Shown here: piece after piece, positions 12,880 through 25,179 of the stretch
Layout: each line of letters opens with the position of its first letter
How positions within the stretch are numbered: position 1 is the first letter of the stretch
DNA from: Lama guanicoe
Taxonomy: Eukaryota
DNA length: 64,000 nucleotides
Assembly (NCBI GenBank): GCA_013239625.1
Contig: MU053513.1
Location: forward strand, 702,370-766,369
Direction of reading: 5' to 3'
Position numbers and translations under genes: made by a program
The notes under the pieces: model-generated
Databases searched by the model: none
Told to the model about the DNA's origin: nothing
Seen by the model: only the letters and a program-made list of their open reading frames with translations

Positions 12880-13757
12880 TATCTCATTCAGTTGACTTTT
12901 TGGAATGCATGACACAGCCATAGAGAATATAAATACTTCTACAGTGCACACAGAAAATTTACCAAGATAGGCCATATTCCAGGCCACTAAAAATCCTTAA
13001 CACATTTTAAAATATTCATATCACTAAGAGTATGTTCTGTGGCTACAAAGGAAAAATTTAGAAATCAAAATTAGAAATATCTGTGATAAATTCCCAAACA
13101 TTTGCAAGTTAAATAGCATAACTGTGAATAATCATGGTCAAAAAGGAAGGGAAAGGGATATTAAAAATTATTTTTAGCTGAAGGAAAATGAAAACAGTAC
13201 ACCAAAATGTGTAGGATGCCGTGCAAGTGAAACTTAAATGAAATTTCATGTCACTGAAGTCTTATAACGGAAGAGAAGAGTAGCCTCAGATCAATGACCT
13301 CAGCTTTTACCTTAAGAAACTAGAGCAAAGAGCAAGTTAGCTTCAAAGTAAGGAGAGGAAAGGAAACAAAAATAATCGTAAAGTGAATGAAATAATTGTT
13401 TAAAAAAAAACAGAGAAAAATAATAGAGAGAAACATCGGTGGAACCAAAAGCAGATTCTTGGAGAAGATCAATAAAACTAATAAACTCTAGCCAGACTCA
13501 TCAAGGAAAAACAAAAATCAGTAAAAATGTTAGGATATAAGGAATAGGAGATGATGTAACTACAGATTCTTCAGATATTAAGGGGAAAACAAGGAAATAT
13601 TTTGAACAAATTTATGTCAATAGCTTTGACATCTTATGTGAAATTGTCTTATCCTTGAAAGACACAAACTACCAAAGCTCACTAGAAAAGAAAGAGATAG
13701 GCTGCCTAGCTCTGTATCTCTTCGAGAAATTGAATTTGGAGTTAAACATCTTCCCGT
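12880..13757 (+). mobile_element. Ancient LINE-1 ORF2 fragment (endonuclease end / Z-domain region), many disruptions
   Basis: A-rich sense L1 text (aatttaccaagataggccatatt, cagattcttggagaagatcaataaaactaataaactctagccagact, gacacaaactaccaaagctcac). Confidence 0.9.
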
Positions 13758-14299
13758 GTAGTCCACAGTTTAGTCTTTGTTTTGGCAAGTGACTGTTGTC
13801 CAGGGGTCTGCCCATCAGGTTTACAGATTAATCAAAATAGAACATCTCTGGCCTCTTTCATTGGAGTAACTCTCCCCCAAGTTGTCAGAAACAAAAAGGT
13901 CTGTAGACCTTGCTCAGTGACCCTTTGAGGGCGAAACTGCTGTCTTTTGGGAATCACTAATTTAGGGTCAAGTATTGCTGACCTGAGAATTGGTCTATGC
14001 TTTTAAGATAAACTTGTATGGCTTTCTTTATTATCATCCATTTTGTTGACTTCGGACGTCAAATCTCTGAGAACTTTTTTTTTTAATTTTCTTATCCTTG
14101 TCCTTCATGTTTCGACAATAAGTAAGAATTCTAGGATAGTAAATAGTTACAAAGAGCATTTCAATCAGAGCGATGAAGGTGAGAAAAAAGAATACTCAGA
14201 GCTGGAGAAAACCCAGGCCCACCGGAGATTACTGTGTATCTAACAGTCTTCAAATCTCCTCGATTTAAATATTAACCTCTTTCACTCTGTACTGATAAA

Positions 14300-14525
14300 C
14301 AGCAATAATTAACACTGAAGTTTACAATCTGTCAAGAAGAATGCCAAGAGTTCCACATTCATTATATCATGTAACACTTATAGAACCTAATGAGATAAGG
14401 ACCATTATTATTCCCATTATGCACATAACAAAATTTAAGTAACTTAGTCAAATCCATGTAGAAACAAAAGTAGTTTAAAAACCTCATCTTGTCTGCTTCT
14501 GTAATCTGCATTTAGACTTTGCACT
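14300..14525 (-). mobile_element. MIR SINE
   Basis: cattcattatatcatgtaacacttatagaacctaatgagataaggaccattattattcccatt is the antisense MIR pattern. Confidence 0.7.
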
Positions 14526-15570
14526 CTTACTACAAGGGTAAGCAGAGATAAATAAGAATTTCTCAGGAAGCTCACAGTCTAAAAAATTCTCAGTAATCTT
14601 AGTTTTATCTTTATGTATCATTTTATTTCTTTTAGAATGTCTAACCATTAAATTTCAATTTAAATAAACATTAATTGCAAAATCGCTCTGTAGTTTATTC
14701 ATTCTCTAAGCCTTGACCATAACATCTACTCTGACTATTTATGTCTTTGGGAATTTTCATCTCAAATACCTTGTTCCTGAAGTCAATTGTATCCTTCCTA
14801 TCATGTCTGTAAGAAGAAAAATAGAAAATGGGGGGAAAATACAGTGATGTGATTATGCCTATAGTTCGGGGACCAGATAGAATCAGCTATCTCCAGAGCA
14901 GAGGCACTGCCCAAGAAAATTATTTACTTGGAAACGTTTTCACTAAAGCCATAAAGGAATGTTTTTAAAGTTTTAAAATGGAATGTATAACTCCACATGC
15001 AGATGGGTTTCTATTATTTTGCTATTGTCTTAAAGGTAAAGCATCTTCGTGTTTTCCTTTGCATTATTTTCTGAGACAGGTGAACTGAAATAGAAAAGCC
15101 TTTTTCAAAAAAAATTCACATTGATGTGAATGTGTTTTCCTCACCTTAAAGTATCTGTTGTTTACAACTGAATCATCCAATAGAAACAAAGAAAGACTTC
15201 CAGCTGAAACAAGTTTAGCTCAGGTCCTCTGTTCAGTGAGGGACAGACTATCTGTTCATAGACTCAAAAGACGTTTTGATGGACAGATTCCGCTCATGGT
15301 TAGATTTGCATCCTCAATTATGTGCAGGGTTCACTAAGTTAGTACCAGCCACTATCACTGAATCGTCTACAAAGTACCATACCTGATGACAGTCCTGGTA
15401 AGAAGGAAGTAATGATTCAAAGAAACAGGTCACAATTGTTAAAAAATTTTAAAGGAAGTATTCTTTGAGGATAAACTTTCTGTTATAAGGCTGCAGATCC
15501 ACAAACATTCTGGCTTTTTTTTTTTTTCAGTAAAGGGCGTAGAAGAACATGACGTCAAAATTAAAGAGAA

Positions 15571-15598
15571 GTGTGTGTGTAGGTGTGTGTGTGTGTGC
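15571..15598. repeat. Interrupted (TG)n microsatellite
   Basis: Directly visible. Confidence 0.85.
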
Positions 15599-15854
15599 AC
15601 ATACGTGATTTTATATCTTTCCTCCAAATATGTTTGAAGAGGCTACAAAATAAATTATATCAGATTTGATGGCTGTGGACAAGTGTAGTTGCTCTTGTCT
15701 ACAGGATCCTTTCGAAAAGACAGAACCTCTTTCCTTCACTGATGCCTCTGTCATCATTTTCATTTATTTAGCACTTAAAATTTTCCCAGACCTCAAAGTA
15801 ATATTAGTAATAGCAAAAAAAAGAGGCCAAGTTAAGACCCTTTCCAAAGATTCT

Positions 15855-16025
15855 CTAGTGTTTAATATGCAAAACCCAACTGAAATAGCCCCTCAAAATA
15901 CAGGTTCTTGAATCACAGCTCAGAAAATTCTCATAAGTAAGTCTAGAATGAGGTCCAGGAATGTGCATTTTACAAGCCACGTATGTGAAGAGTTGGTCCC
16001 AGACCACAATCTGAGAAACGTTTTT
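15855..16025. mobile_element. hAT-Charlie MITE (MER5A-like)
   Basis: aattctcataagtaagtctagaatgaggtccaggaatgtgcattttacaagc...ggtcccagaccacaatctgagaaac. Confidence 0.65.
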
Positions 16026-16477
16026 GGAGAGAGCCCAACAATCTGATATGACATGTATGAACGTTCAGTCTTTTAGGAAGTAATTATTTCTTAAGTTCAT
16101 AATGAAAAAAAAAATTTACTATTCCTACAGAGAAATTTCAAATAAAAGAGAACTTATTCTGAAGACCTTTAGGTCTAGAAAACCCTATTATGATTAATGT
16201 AAGACCTAGAATCTTCCCTGCAGCAGCATTCAAGAAAAATTCTGCCACCAGATGGGGGACTCAACCAACAGATCAAAGACAAGTGTCATCGTGAAATCAC
16301 AATGCATCCAGTAGTAATTATTATCTGTTCTAAAAAGCATAGAAAGAGCGGCCAAGGCAGTCAGAAACCAACCTGAATTTTAACATCCCCAACCTGAAAT
16401 TCTTCCTTCCCCAACATATCTTCAATAACGGAGTCCTCGGAAATCATCTGAACGAAGACTATAGAGTACAAACTCAC

Positions 16478-16553
16478 TTTCCACTTTCTTTGCAAGACAA
16501 ACCATTTCTGAGTCGGTCGATTTAGCTCTTGTCTTGCTGGTTTTAATACTTGT
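16478..16553 (-). other. Candidate exon (76 nt) of an unidentified minus-strand transcript
   Basis: Acceptor cttttctccaatcacttcag| and donor AAA|gtgagt. Splice-signal evidence only. Confidence 0.3.
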
Positions 16554-16830
16554 CTGAAGTGATTGGAGAAAAGTTAAGTTATATTGCACTGTATGTGTTA
16601 CGTGGAGTTGGTACATGTATTTTTTAATGGACTGTGTTTGTGACGAGAGCCTTTCCTTTACCATTTGATAATTTTAAGACGTTTCCTTAACTGAGAGAGA
16701 AGTAGTTTCAGTGTAAATGTAAAAGAACACGGGAGGACGGGATACCCCTATAACAGGTGCTATATGAAACCTCACAAAACACTCTACAATGGTCCAAAAT
16801 ATGTTATCCCTGGAGGAAATCGTGAGGCTG

Positions 16831-17065
16831 GAGAGGCAGTGCAGCATGGTGGTTAAGGGCACAGAGTCTACAGCTGAGCTGCTTGAATGGCACACTTGTC
16901 AGTAGCTTCCGTCCTTGGTCAAATTACTTACCTTCCACGCATAGGATAGCAATAGTGCCGATTTATTGGATTGTTAGGGGGAATGAATGACTGCATACGT
17001 ATTAAAGGGCTAAAAACAATGAGGGTACGTGGCAAGCACTATGTTTTTTATTTAGCAGCATTTAG
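16831..17065 (+). mobile_element. MIR SINE
   Basis: gagaggcagtgcagcatggtggttaagggcacag (tRNA-like head)...ccttggtcaaattacttacct. Confidence 0.85.
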
Positions 17066-18173
17066 ATAGTGCTATATGTACCCTGGATGAGAAAAAATAC
17101 GAAGACATAGCTGAGGGAAAATGATAATCCGTTAAATATAACTAAACGTATTAAACTTTTTTAATCTACCAAGCACAATGCTTAAACCATAGCAAATTCC
17201 AAATAGAAGAAGAGAAATGTTTCAGTAATTACAGTGACTAACTCCAAATAACTAGTGTTTTGGCTGAGACAAAATGCATGAATAGTATCAAGATGAACTC
17301 AAAATTTAAATATGTAATCAGACATTTAAGAAATTGAGAGGGAGGACCCTAATGGGGTTTAGAGACGAAAGAAGTAGTCTTAAGTGCCCCGCCAATGCAA
17401 CAGAGCAACTGTCTCTACCACACATTTTGTGCTATGCCCTTTTTTCTCTGGAACACCTGCCAGTTACAACTGAGTGAGCCTCAGGTCCTATCAAAATGGC
17501 ATGTAACAGGTCCAATGTCAACAAGTACACAGTACCTTTTCCTGAGGCAACACACTGACAAGTTCCATGTCAGTGTGATACAGTGATGGTAATAGTGAGA
17601 AAGCAGACACTTCTTAAGGAATAACCAGCCTCATGAGGTCAAGAGGCAGGTGAGAGTGAACAGGAAAGGAGGCAAATGTCCTTTCTCCTCCTCAACAGAA
17701 TGCATTTAAATGGCTGTCCTTATGGTTATTGCTAACTAGGGATCTGGGATAGGTTGAATAAGACACGATTCTCTCCCTGTGCTTGATGTAATAGCACAGA
17801 TGGTTCATTTGTAGAGATGGGAGGGGGAAAAAAAAGCACACAGTTTTATCAAGTTCAGTTGACTCCACTCCTGAATCTGCAAAATTTGTTTGAAACCTTG
17901 AGAGACCCAAGTTTCTTGGGAGATTTCTGTGCTTTCAGATTCCATCCAAGTGGAAAATGAACAGGCTCTCTCTCCACCGCACACTGCTTCTGCTCGGGGA
18001 AAATCAGCACCATCTGGGGTTGAGGGTCCACGAACCCACCAGTCCCGGCACACTTTCTCCAGTGTTATACACTGCAAGTTCCCAAGAAAGTCGGCCTCCC
18101 CCAGAAGGCAGCTCCTGCTCCTTCTACTTTGCGAGCAATGGCTTCATATCACTTGTTCTACGTTGACACTCAC

Positions 18174-18237
18174 CATTAATCCCTTCTGTTCCTGAAGACG
18201 CAGTTGCAACGGAGTGACAGAGAGAGAAGGGCAGTCC
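18174..18237 (-). other. Candidate exon (64 nt) of an unidentified minus-strand transcript
   Basis: Acceptor cactttgcagttctcttacag| and donor ATG|gtgagt. Splice-signal evidence only. Confidence 0.35.
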
Positions 18238-18587
18238 CTGTAAGAGAACTGCAAAGTGCACAGGTAGCACAGGGAGGCAATGTTTCTGGATTAAAGGACT
18301 GGAACGAATGACAGCGGATGTGATAAAAGCACCGACCAGAATCAGTATTCAGTGTAACGTACGTAAAAGTACAGAAAGTCTTCTCTTTAAACAGTGGTGG
18401 TAATATGCGTCTTCTTTCATTTCCTTCCTTCCTCCACACCTAGTTCCTCAAAAATTGCTGCTGTAAAATAACCGCTAAATTTTCTTACATTTTCGTCCTT
18501 GATCGTCAGTGTTTCAAAAGACACTCTAGCTACAAGATCTGTCTGCTCACTTAACCTTGTAGCACAGATGGTCCGTCCGTGATGACA

Positions 18588-18604
18588 CACGTGAAATGCA
18601 CGTG
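18588..18604. promoter_or_regulatory. Tandem E-box CACGTG-N5-CACGTG (ChoRE-type motif)
   Basis: Sequence cacgtg aaatg cacgtg matches the ChREBP/MondoA:MLX element consensus CAYGNG-N5-CNCRTG. Function is untested. Confidence 0.5.
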
Positions 18605-20559
18605 TTGGAAGAGGAGAGCAGGTTGCTCTGTGAAGAAGGACATGGCCAACGCCACTAAGTGTAAACAGCTTTGAGCTAGTGACAGATAACTGTATCTCAT
18701 TATGCACATGACAGGCCCCCCACTGTGCAGTGACTCAGATGGGAGTGAAAAGAAAGAAGCAAGCCAAAGGAAAAGGAAACGCAGGAATGTCAAGGCGTGT
18801 GGAGACATGGTAGTACCCGTTAGGCAAATGAGCCTCCCACGCAAAGCCCATACGTAAATAACCCTAACGTTTTCATATCCAGAGAGTTCTGTGTGGGTTC
18901 CGTTTCTAGGCAGTGACCACAGTAAAACCGAGACCTTGAATAAAATCACGCTTTCTTTTACTAGATAAACCAATTTGGAGTGGGAACAGCATCTGATCAT
19001 GAATGCTGTTTTAATAGAATTGTTCACACTAGGTATTTTTTGGGGCAGGAACTGAATTCTGTTTGTAGAGTGGTGTTTATGGAATGAATCCCTGTTTCTA
19101 AGATTAAGCAATTTAATGAAGCAGGTTTAACTAGACTGTTGTTTAGTATGACCAGACCTTAGGAAAATCATGCTGGCTGAGACTCAGAGTGACATGTTCA
19201 CTTGCAAAGGGCTTTTTGTAAGATTCACTTTGGGGAGTGTTTATTTAGGGGGAATCTATGCATCACATTTCACTTTTACACGTCTTAAAGCTATTTTTTG
19301 AAAAACAAACAAAAAAAAGCTATTATGAAAAACTATGTCCAGAGCTGGGGTTTAGGTGGTTTCTGTTCAGGTTTTAATGCACAGATTGAGAGAGCCAGGT
19401 CATTAAAATGGTTATATAGACATTTCAACCAACCCTACAGATTCAAAGAAGTATTTTTAATGTGCATTTCGACAAGAATGCATCTTAGAAATACACAGAT
19501 GTAAAACAATACACTGTTGCTTCTCCTATTTTTTTACTAACGAGGTTTTGGGAGGAGACCAGGACATCAGAAAGGTTGAGGAAGTCATTAATTGTAGGTA
19601 TAAAGAATGGTGGGTGGGGTAGTTAAAGATCTGTGAAAGGTTTGGTTTTGTTTGTCAGGTTTTTAAGAATAATTAAATTTATTTTTAAGCCATTGATTAA
19701 AAAGCTTTGCCACAACAGACTATCTTAGAAGTCCAAATATTAACCCCTGAAAATATTTTTTTTACATTGAACAAATAATACAGAATGTATTTTCTGAAGA
19801 AAATTTAAACTTTTCTCAGCATATGTATATGTGGCTTTTAATAGACAACATAATAATTAGAGTTACTTGACACATTCTTGTATTTAGAACAGGTTGCTAC
19901 AAAAGTTACACACTAATAGTTTTATGGAGATAAGCTGGAGGAAAGTTATTTGGGGCTAAGACCAACATACAACATGTTGAAGAGGTTTTGCTGTTTTGAT
20001 AAGAGTCAGAACTGCACACTGTAAAGGTCAACTTTTTTCCTCTTTTTTCCAAAGACCGAATGGCGTTATATTAATATGGCTCCTTGAACACTGTGATTAA
20101 GCATCTTTATTTGTATTGTCTCTAGCTGTTGATCAACATCTGGGTAAAACATCAGAATCACTTTTAATCTTTCTTCAGTGGTTCTGTTACTACGCATCAG
20201 CTGGGGTCAGAGTCACGAGAAGGAAGCGCTGACAGCCCCCTGCCCTACATGGTGGGCTCAGCAGAGGAAGGGAGGGCGGCATGCTCCAGGCAGAGGCTCT
20301 TTGTTCTAAACCTGCTTGGACACACTTGACCTAAACGTGGCCAATCTCACAGCTAGCTCGGAAGACTGATTTAAAAGCGATCACTCTTAATAATGAAGAT
20401 AAAGCAAGAACACATATAATCCTTTGAAAGACTGGTGGTTCTAATGGCTCACACTTTAATTATGACTCAAGAGTTTGCTTGTTGCTTTTTCCTTTCCCCC
20501 TAGTGGCAGGAAACAAGATCAGGCTTTAAGAGATCGGTTTAGAGGCTGCGATCACTTAC

Positions 20560-20785
20560 ACAGAACAAAACTGCAGTCAAGAGTCCTGTGTATCTCCAAC
20601 CTCTGACTCACCGGTGACCAGTGGACAACTGCCCTGTTCTCTTTGCTTAATGCTTCATATGTGGGCCTAACAGCCTTGGCCCGAGAAACAGTCTCTCTCA
20701 AGCCAGTTGTGAGTGTCTTTACTTAATGCTCAAAGAATAGTTTAATATATTTAGAAAGAAGCCTTTGTAAAATGCAAGGTAATAT
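20560..20785 (+). mobile_element. Degraded MIR
   Basis: gcagtcaagagtcctgtgtatctccaacctctgactcaccggtgaccagtggacaact...aaagcctttgtaaaatgcaagg. Confidence 0.55.
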
Positions 20786-21101
20786 GATAATGGGTTTTAA
20801 TTGGCCAGGTGGAATGAGAGAATTCTAATTTAATTTTTGCAGTTTTCCTCAGTGCCCTTTGCTAACACTAACTGATAAACCAATAAGATGTCCTTTCAGA
20901 CTTGGGCTCATCCTGGAGGGGACGAAAATGAGGAAATGACTCCCTTAACATATAACATTCAACCCTTGAAATAATTTCCTACCCCAAGTCCTTCTAAGGG
21001 CCCTTCAAATACTCAAAGTATTATAAATTCCCCAAAAATGTTCCTCAGGATTAGAAAAGTGAAATCTTCATGTAGACAGGGTAGAGCTTCTGTAAACTTA
21101 C

Positions 21102-21366
21102 CATCTTCAGCAGCAGATCTAAACGTCCAAAGTTCAAACTTGAAGTAGCGGTTGAATCAAAATAGACGTTGAAGAAACATTCACATTTCTGAAGAGACCT
21201 TGCAGTGCCACTGCTGTTTTCTGTCTGGAACAGGACTTGGTCATAGTTCAAGTCTTTTGAAGAAAAGAGGCGTTGACTACTGTTTGCCCAATGGCCACAA
21301 AGGAATATGCTGAGCAAAGTCACATTCTTTACTCTCTTTGAGGAAACAAGGAAATCAGGGCAGAGC
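21102..21366 (-). other. Candidate exon (265 nt or shorter first exon) ending ATG|gtaagt
   Basis: Consensus donor at 21101; weak acceptor catttaaccttcag| at 21367; one frame is open throughout, but the peptide is not recognised. Confidence 0.3.
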
Positions 21367-22749
21367 CTGAAGGTTAAATGATCAACCATCTCTAACATGT
21401 ACAATCAAATAGCTTATCCTATGGTGGTTTGATATGCACATCTTAAAATCTAAGAAAATATTCTTCCTTGAAGAAGCTAGGTCTTCTATGAAAATAACAA
21501 GTGAGAACCTTGTTCCTGGCATTTATCTCTTCAGCCTGAATTATGATATATTTTCTCCCACCAAAGTTAAATTTTAGTCAGAATAAAATAAATTGTACTT
21601 CTCAAGGTGGTCCCCAAACAAAACCCAGCATTTCAAATTTTTTGTAAGTTCACAGAATATTTTCCACCCTTCCTAATACCCAAAGTAAGAAACAGTAGTA
21701 ATCTCAAGAATTATGTTATCCACATGAGCACACTAATTCTGTTAAGGTCTCAGCTAATTCCATTTAGAACAGTATTGTACTTAAAAACTAAAATATCCCA
21801 GGAGCTAAGTGCCCAAGCAACTATATCAGTTACCTAGTAGTAGGTAAATTCATGCCAATTTATTTACACAACAGTGTCTTTTGCGTCAACACACTAAAAC
21901 CTTTGTGCAGTGGGAGCACAAACTTATCCCATATCTGTTCTGTCACAAACAAGAAGATTTAAATATACTGATTAACAGAGATTATTCTAACATTACTGCC
22001 ACCTCATAGCAAGCTTGCCAGGAACTGATATTGGATCTTTAGAGTAAGAAGTGTTGAAGAGACAGAATTGGAGAAACCAAGTCATTTGTGACTTGAGCGC
22101 CAAATTACGGCATTAAGTCAAAATACCTAGAACTGTGTGAAGTCCAACTGAACTAAAAAAGTTCTTTTTAAAACCGTAACGTGTTGAAATGCATGATGAT
22201 AGAAAGAGTGTTTAGTGAGAAGTCAGCTTCACAATGACCATATTTTCACAGACAGATCCAGGGCAGCTTGCCATCATCATCAATGTTCACTTGTTCAGGA
22301 GGAGAACTATACAGACACGGCACTTCCTCCCATTTAATTTCTCCTACCTCGGTGTCATCGACTGGATTCTTCTTCTGTCATCCAAATATTATTTAGGAAA
22401 TGACACTGCTGTTGAATCCTAACCATTCTTTCCTTCAATCCTCATTCAGTCCAATCAAACTGAGAAGAGTAATAGATTATTTCTAACACATTAGAAGTTT
22501 CTTTAAATTTTTATTTACTTTTTTATTTATCTTCACTATTTAGGGAAAAAGAATCAAATGCTAGCTTACTAACTACAAGAAAAACCTCAGTGAAAATCTA
22601 GTCAAAATGAAAGAACTCTGGTATGTCTGATCATCATTCTTGAAACTTCTAAGCTTACAGAGAAGGAAGTGTTACACGTAAAGACTAGGGTTTGCTTTGG
22701 TTGTTTGCTATTTGATATTGTCACTTTGAGACCTTTCAGTCAAGCAGTC

Positions 22750-23330
22750 AGAAAGATAACTCTTAATATAAGAGAGCAGAATTTGTTTTACTCACCAGCC
22801 CCTCTCAAGTACCCATTAACTCTTCTGGAACTGCTCTCCCTACCTCTCTAACTTTTATTCAGAGATTCATTCCTTCTCAGCTCATGACATCTAAGGGGGA
22901 GACCTATCAATCCTTTGCTCTAGAATGGAGGATGTGTGTCAGGCCCAAGACAATCAGACTATCACAATCTAGCAGTCACGGTGAATGGTCCAAGAGCAAC
23001 ATATAATCTAAGACGGTCTAATCAAAGTGAACATAGCTTTTGGTGTAGATATTCCTAAAACCAAGATCTATTTTTATATTGAATTTCCTACAAGATGAAC
23101 AGAAAAGGATGTGAGGGTCAGCAAGGATATTTCAACATGATAAATGAAGCAAGGGGCTGTGAGTGCACCTGCTCAAAGGAAATTGGCTGGGATATATACA
23201 GAGAATACCCAGGGCCTAGTAACATTGATTGAATCCTGGATCAAACTTCACCTGAAACAGATTATTGTCACCCTTAAGAGTTATGAGAAACAATAAATAA
23301 CTTTCTTTTCCATAACCTATTTTTTTGGTC
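22750..23330 (+). mobile_element. Ancient ERVL-MaLR LTR (MLT1J/K/L-like)
   Basis: cacggtgaatggtccaagagcaacatataatcta...cattgattgaatcctggatcaaacttcacctgaa...ttatgagaaacaataaat. Confidence 0.6.
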
Positions 23331-23359
23331 ACTTTTGTCACTTTATAATTGACATTTAA

Positions 23360-23540
23360 TTTTATTCATTCTTCCAACAACCATATGGTGTAGATATTGT
23401 TATCTGCATTTATGGAAGCAAGGAAACGGTCTTAGTGAGGTTGAGCAAATTGCCCAAAGTCACCAGTTGGTAAATAGTACAGCTGAGTTTTGAAGCTATT
23501 TCTGCCTGACTATGAATCTTAACCTCTTAAACATTACAAA
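23360..23540 (-). mobile_element. MIR SINE
   Basis: caacaaccatatggtgtagatattgttatctgcattt...aggaaacggtcttagtgaggttgagcaaattgcccaaagtcac. Confidence 0.85.
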
Positions 23541-24419
23541 ATGAAATGCTCTCTTAAAAGGGGCAAAAATAATGTGATTTCAAAGTCAGAACTCCTTACA
23601 GCTAAACTGTCACCTGTTTTCACTGGCTTCAAGTATATAGAAAAACAATCCTGTAAAACTGCAATAAATATAATTCAATAATAAAGTCACGAAACTTCAG
23701 AGCAGCTTGTATAAAGATACGTCATATGATTCAGTTATGCTTCGTATAATTTATACTTGTTACAATTGTATAACCTTCCTCCCAGTAGTAGAATGAATCC
23801 TAAACTGACACCTCCCTCTCCCCTCCCCCGGCTCGCTCTGGACTGGGGATATGACTCACTCTGTTGATCTTAGCTTCACCATAAGTCTTCCTAAGGAAAA
23901 CTTGTTTTGATTAATATTTAAAGTACCATGGGGATTGTTTCCTGTTTTTCTTAAGCTGTCTAACCCCTTGCCATTATCTCACAGATGATTTGTTACGCAT
24001 GCAGGTTTGTATTGTTTCTGATACTACAAGAAAAACAAACAGAGCTGTGTTTTTCAGACTGTTATACCCAGGAAGCTGGGGAGAGGAGTGGAGGTTACGA
24101 ATTGAGTTTCTGAGGACGGTTTTATATTTTTTCAAAAAAAGGACTCTGGGTTCTTTCTAGAACATTTGAAATTCCTAACTAACGATTTCTTTTAGAATGA
24201 TGTCACCTTTATGCATGTAGTGATTTGGATTTTTTCTGTCCCTCAGATATTAGCAGAAGACCAGAAAGCTAAGCAGTGCAATTTAATCTGTACCTTTCTC
24301 GAATGTGACCTTGAGTAAACAATGTACCTGATTCTTAGCTTTATTCATCTGTAAATTGGAGATATAACAGATTGCAGTATGATAAATTCTACAGTGTGGA
24401 TGTGATGATGATGCTAAGG

Positions 24420-24985
24420 GAGAACTTTTAATCCCTATCCCAGAAGGAGGAGAAAGAAGATTTCTGAACTGATATGATAGCCATAGGAACCTTATACGTC
24501 AGGTATAAATTCATCTGAAAGAAAAGTAGGGGAAAGAGCAGAGCTGCTCCATGTTGAGTGTACCAAGTGCTAAGAACTAATATATTTAAAAATCGTGTGT
24601 AAGATTTTAAGGAAAATACAGGCCAAAGGCTGTTGTGAATCAGTAAATTGTAAGTAATTCAGTGTCAAAAAGGCAGAAAGTGGGTAATAAACCAGGATCA
24701 GCAGGAGACTAAAGATTTCTTAAGGCAGATTAAATATTTCTATCCTCAAGGGAAGAAGGAGGCAGGGAAATAGTATTGAGAGAAATGATTAAATCTGCAT
24801 TTCTAAATCTCACCCAGGTGGTAATGTGGAAATGGATTGGATGGATCTGAACTCTTCACTACATGGTCGCTTGATGAGATGAAGAAGGTAATTTACCAAA
24901 AAAAAAAAAAAGGAGACTCTTAACTTAGTCCTTGGGATAAAATATGATGCTATTCACTGAAAAAGTGACATCCAGGAGAAGGCGT
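24420..24985 (-). mobile_element. Degraded LINE-2 fragment
   Basis: Purine-rich antisense L2-like text (tctgaactgatatga, ttctatcctcaaggg, aaatctgcatttctaaat...gtaatgtggaaatggattgg). Confidence 0.5.
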
Positions 24986-25179
24986 AATACTTGGTTGGTG
25001 AAAGGACCCTTTAAGCTCTTATTTTATTCCTTTGGTATTTAATCATTTTGTACTAACTAAATCATTCTGTTTAAGTTTCCCTATTCAAATAATAGATGGC
25101 TTCTGTATCCTGACTTGATCTTGTAATGCAAATATAGAATTATTGAAAATATGAATAAATACATGATATAAAATTAGAA

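Noticed and set aside
18551..19111. Longest ORF (186 aa, minus strand)
   Set aside because: No recognisable domain, begins at a non-ATG codon in the track, and overlaps a motif-dense regulatory-looking block; consistent with a chance ORF.
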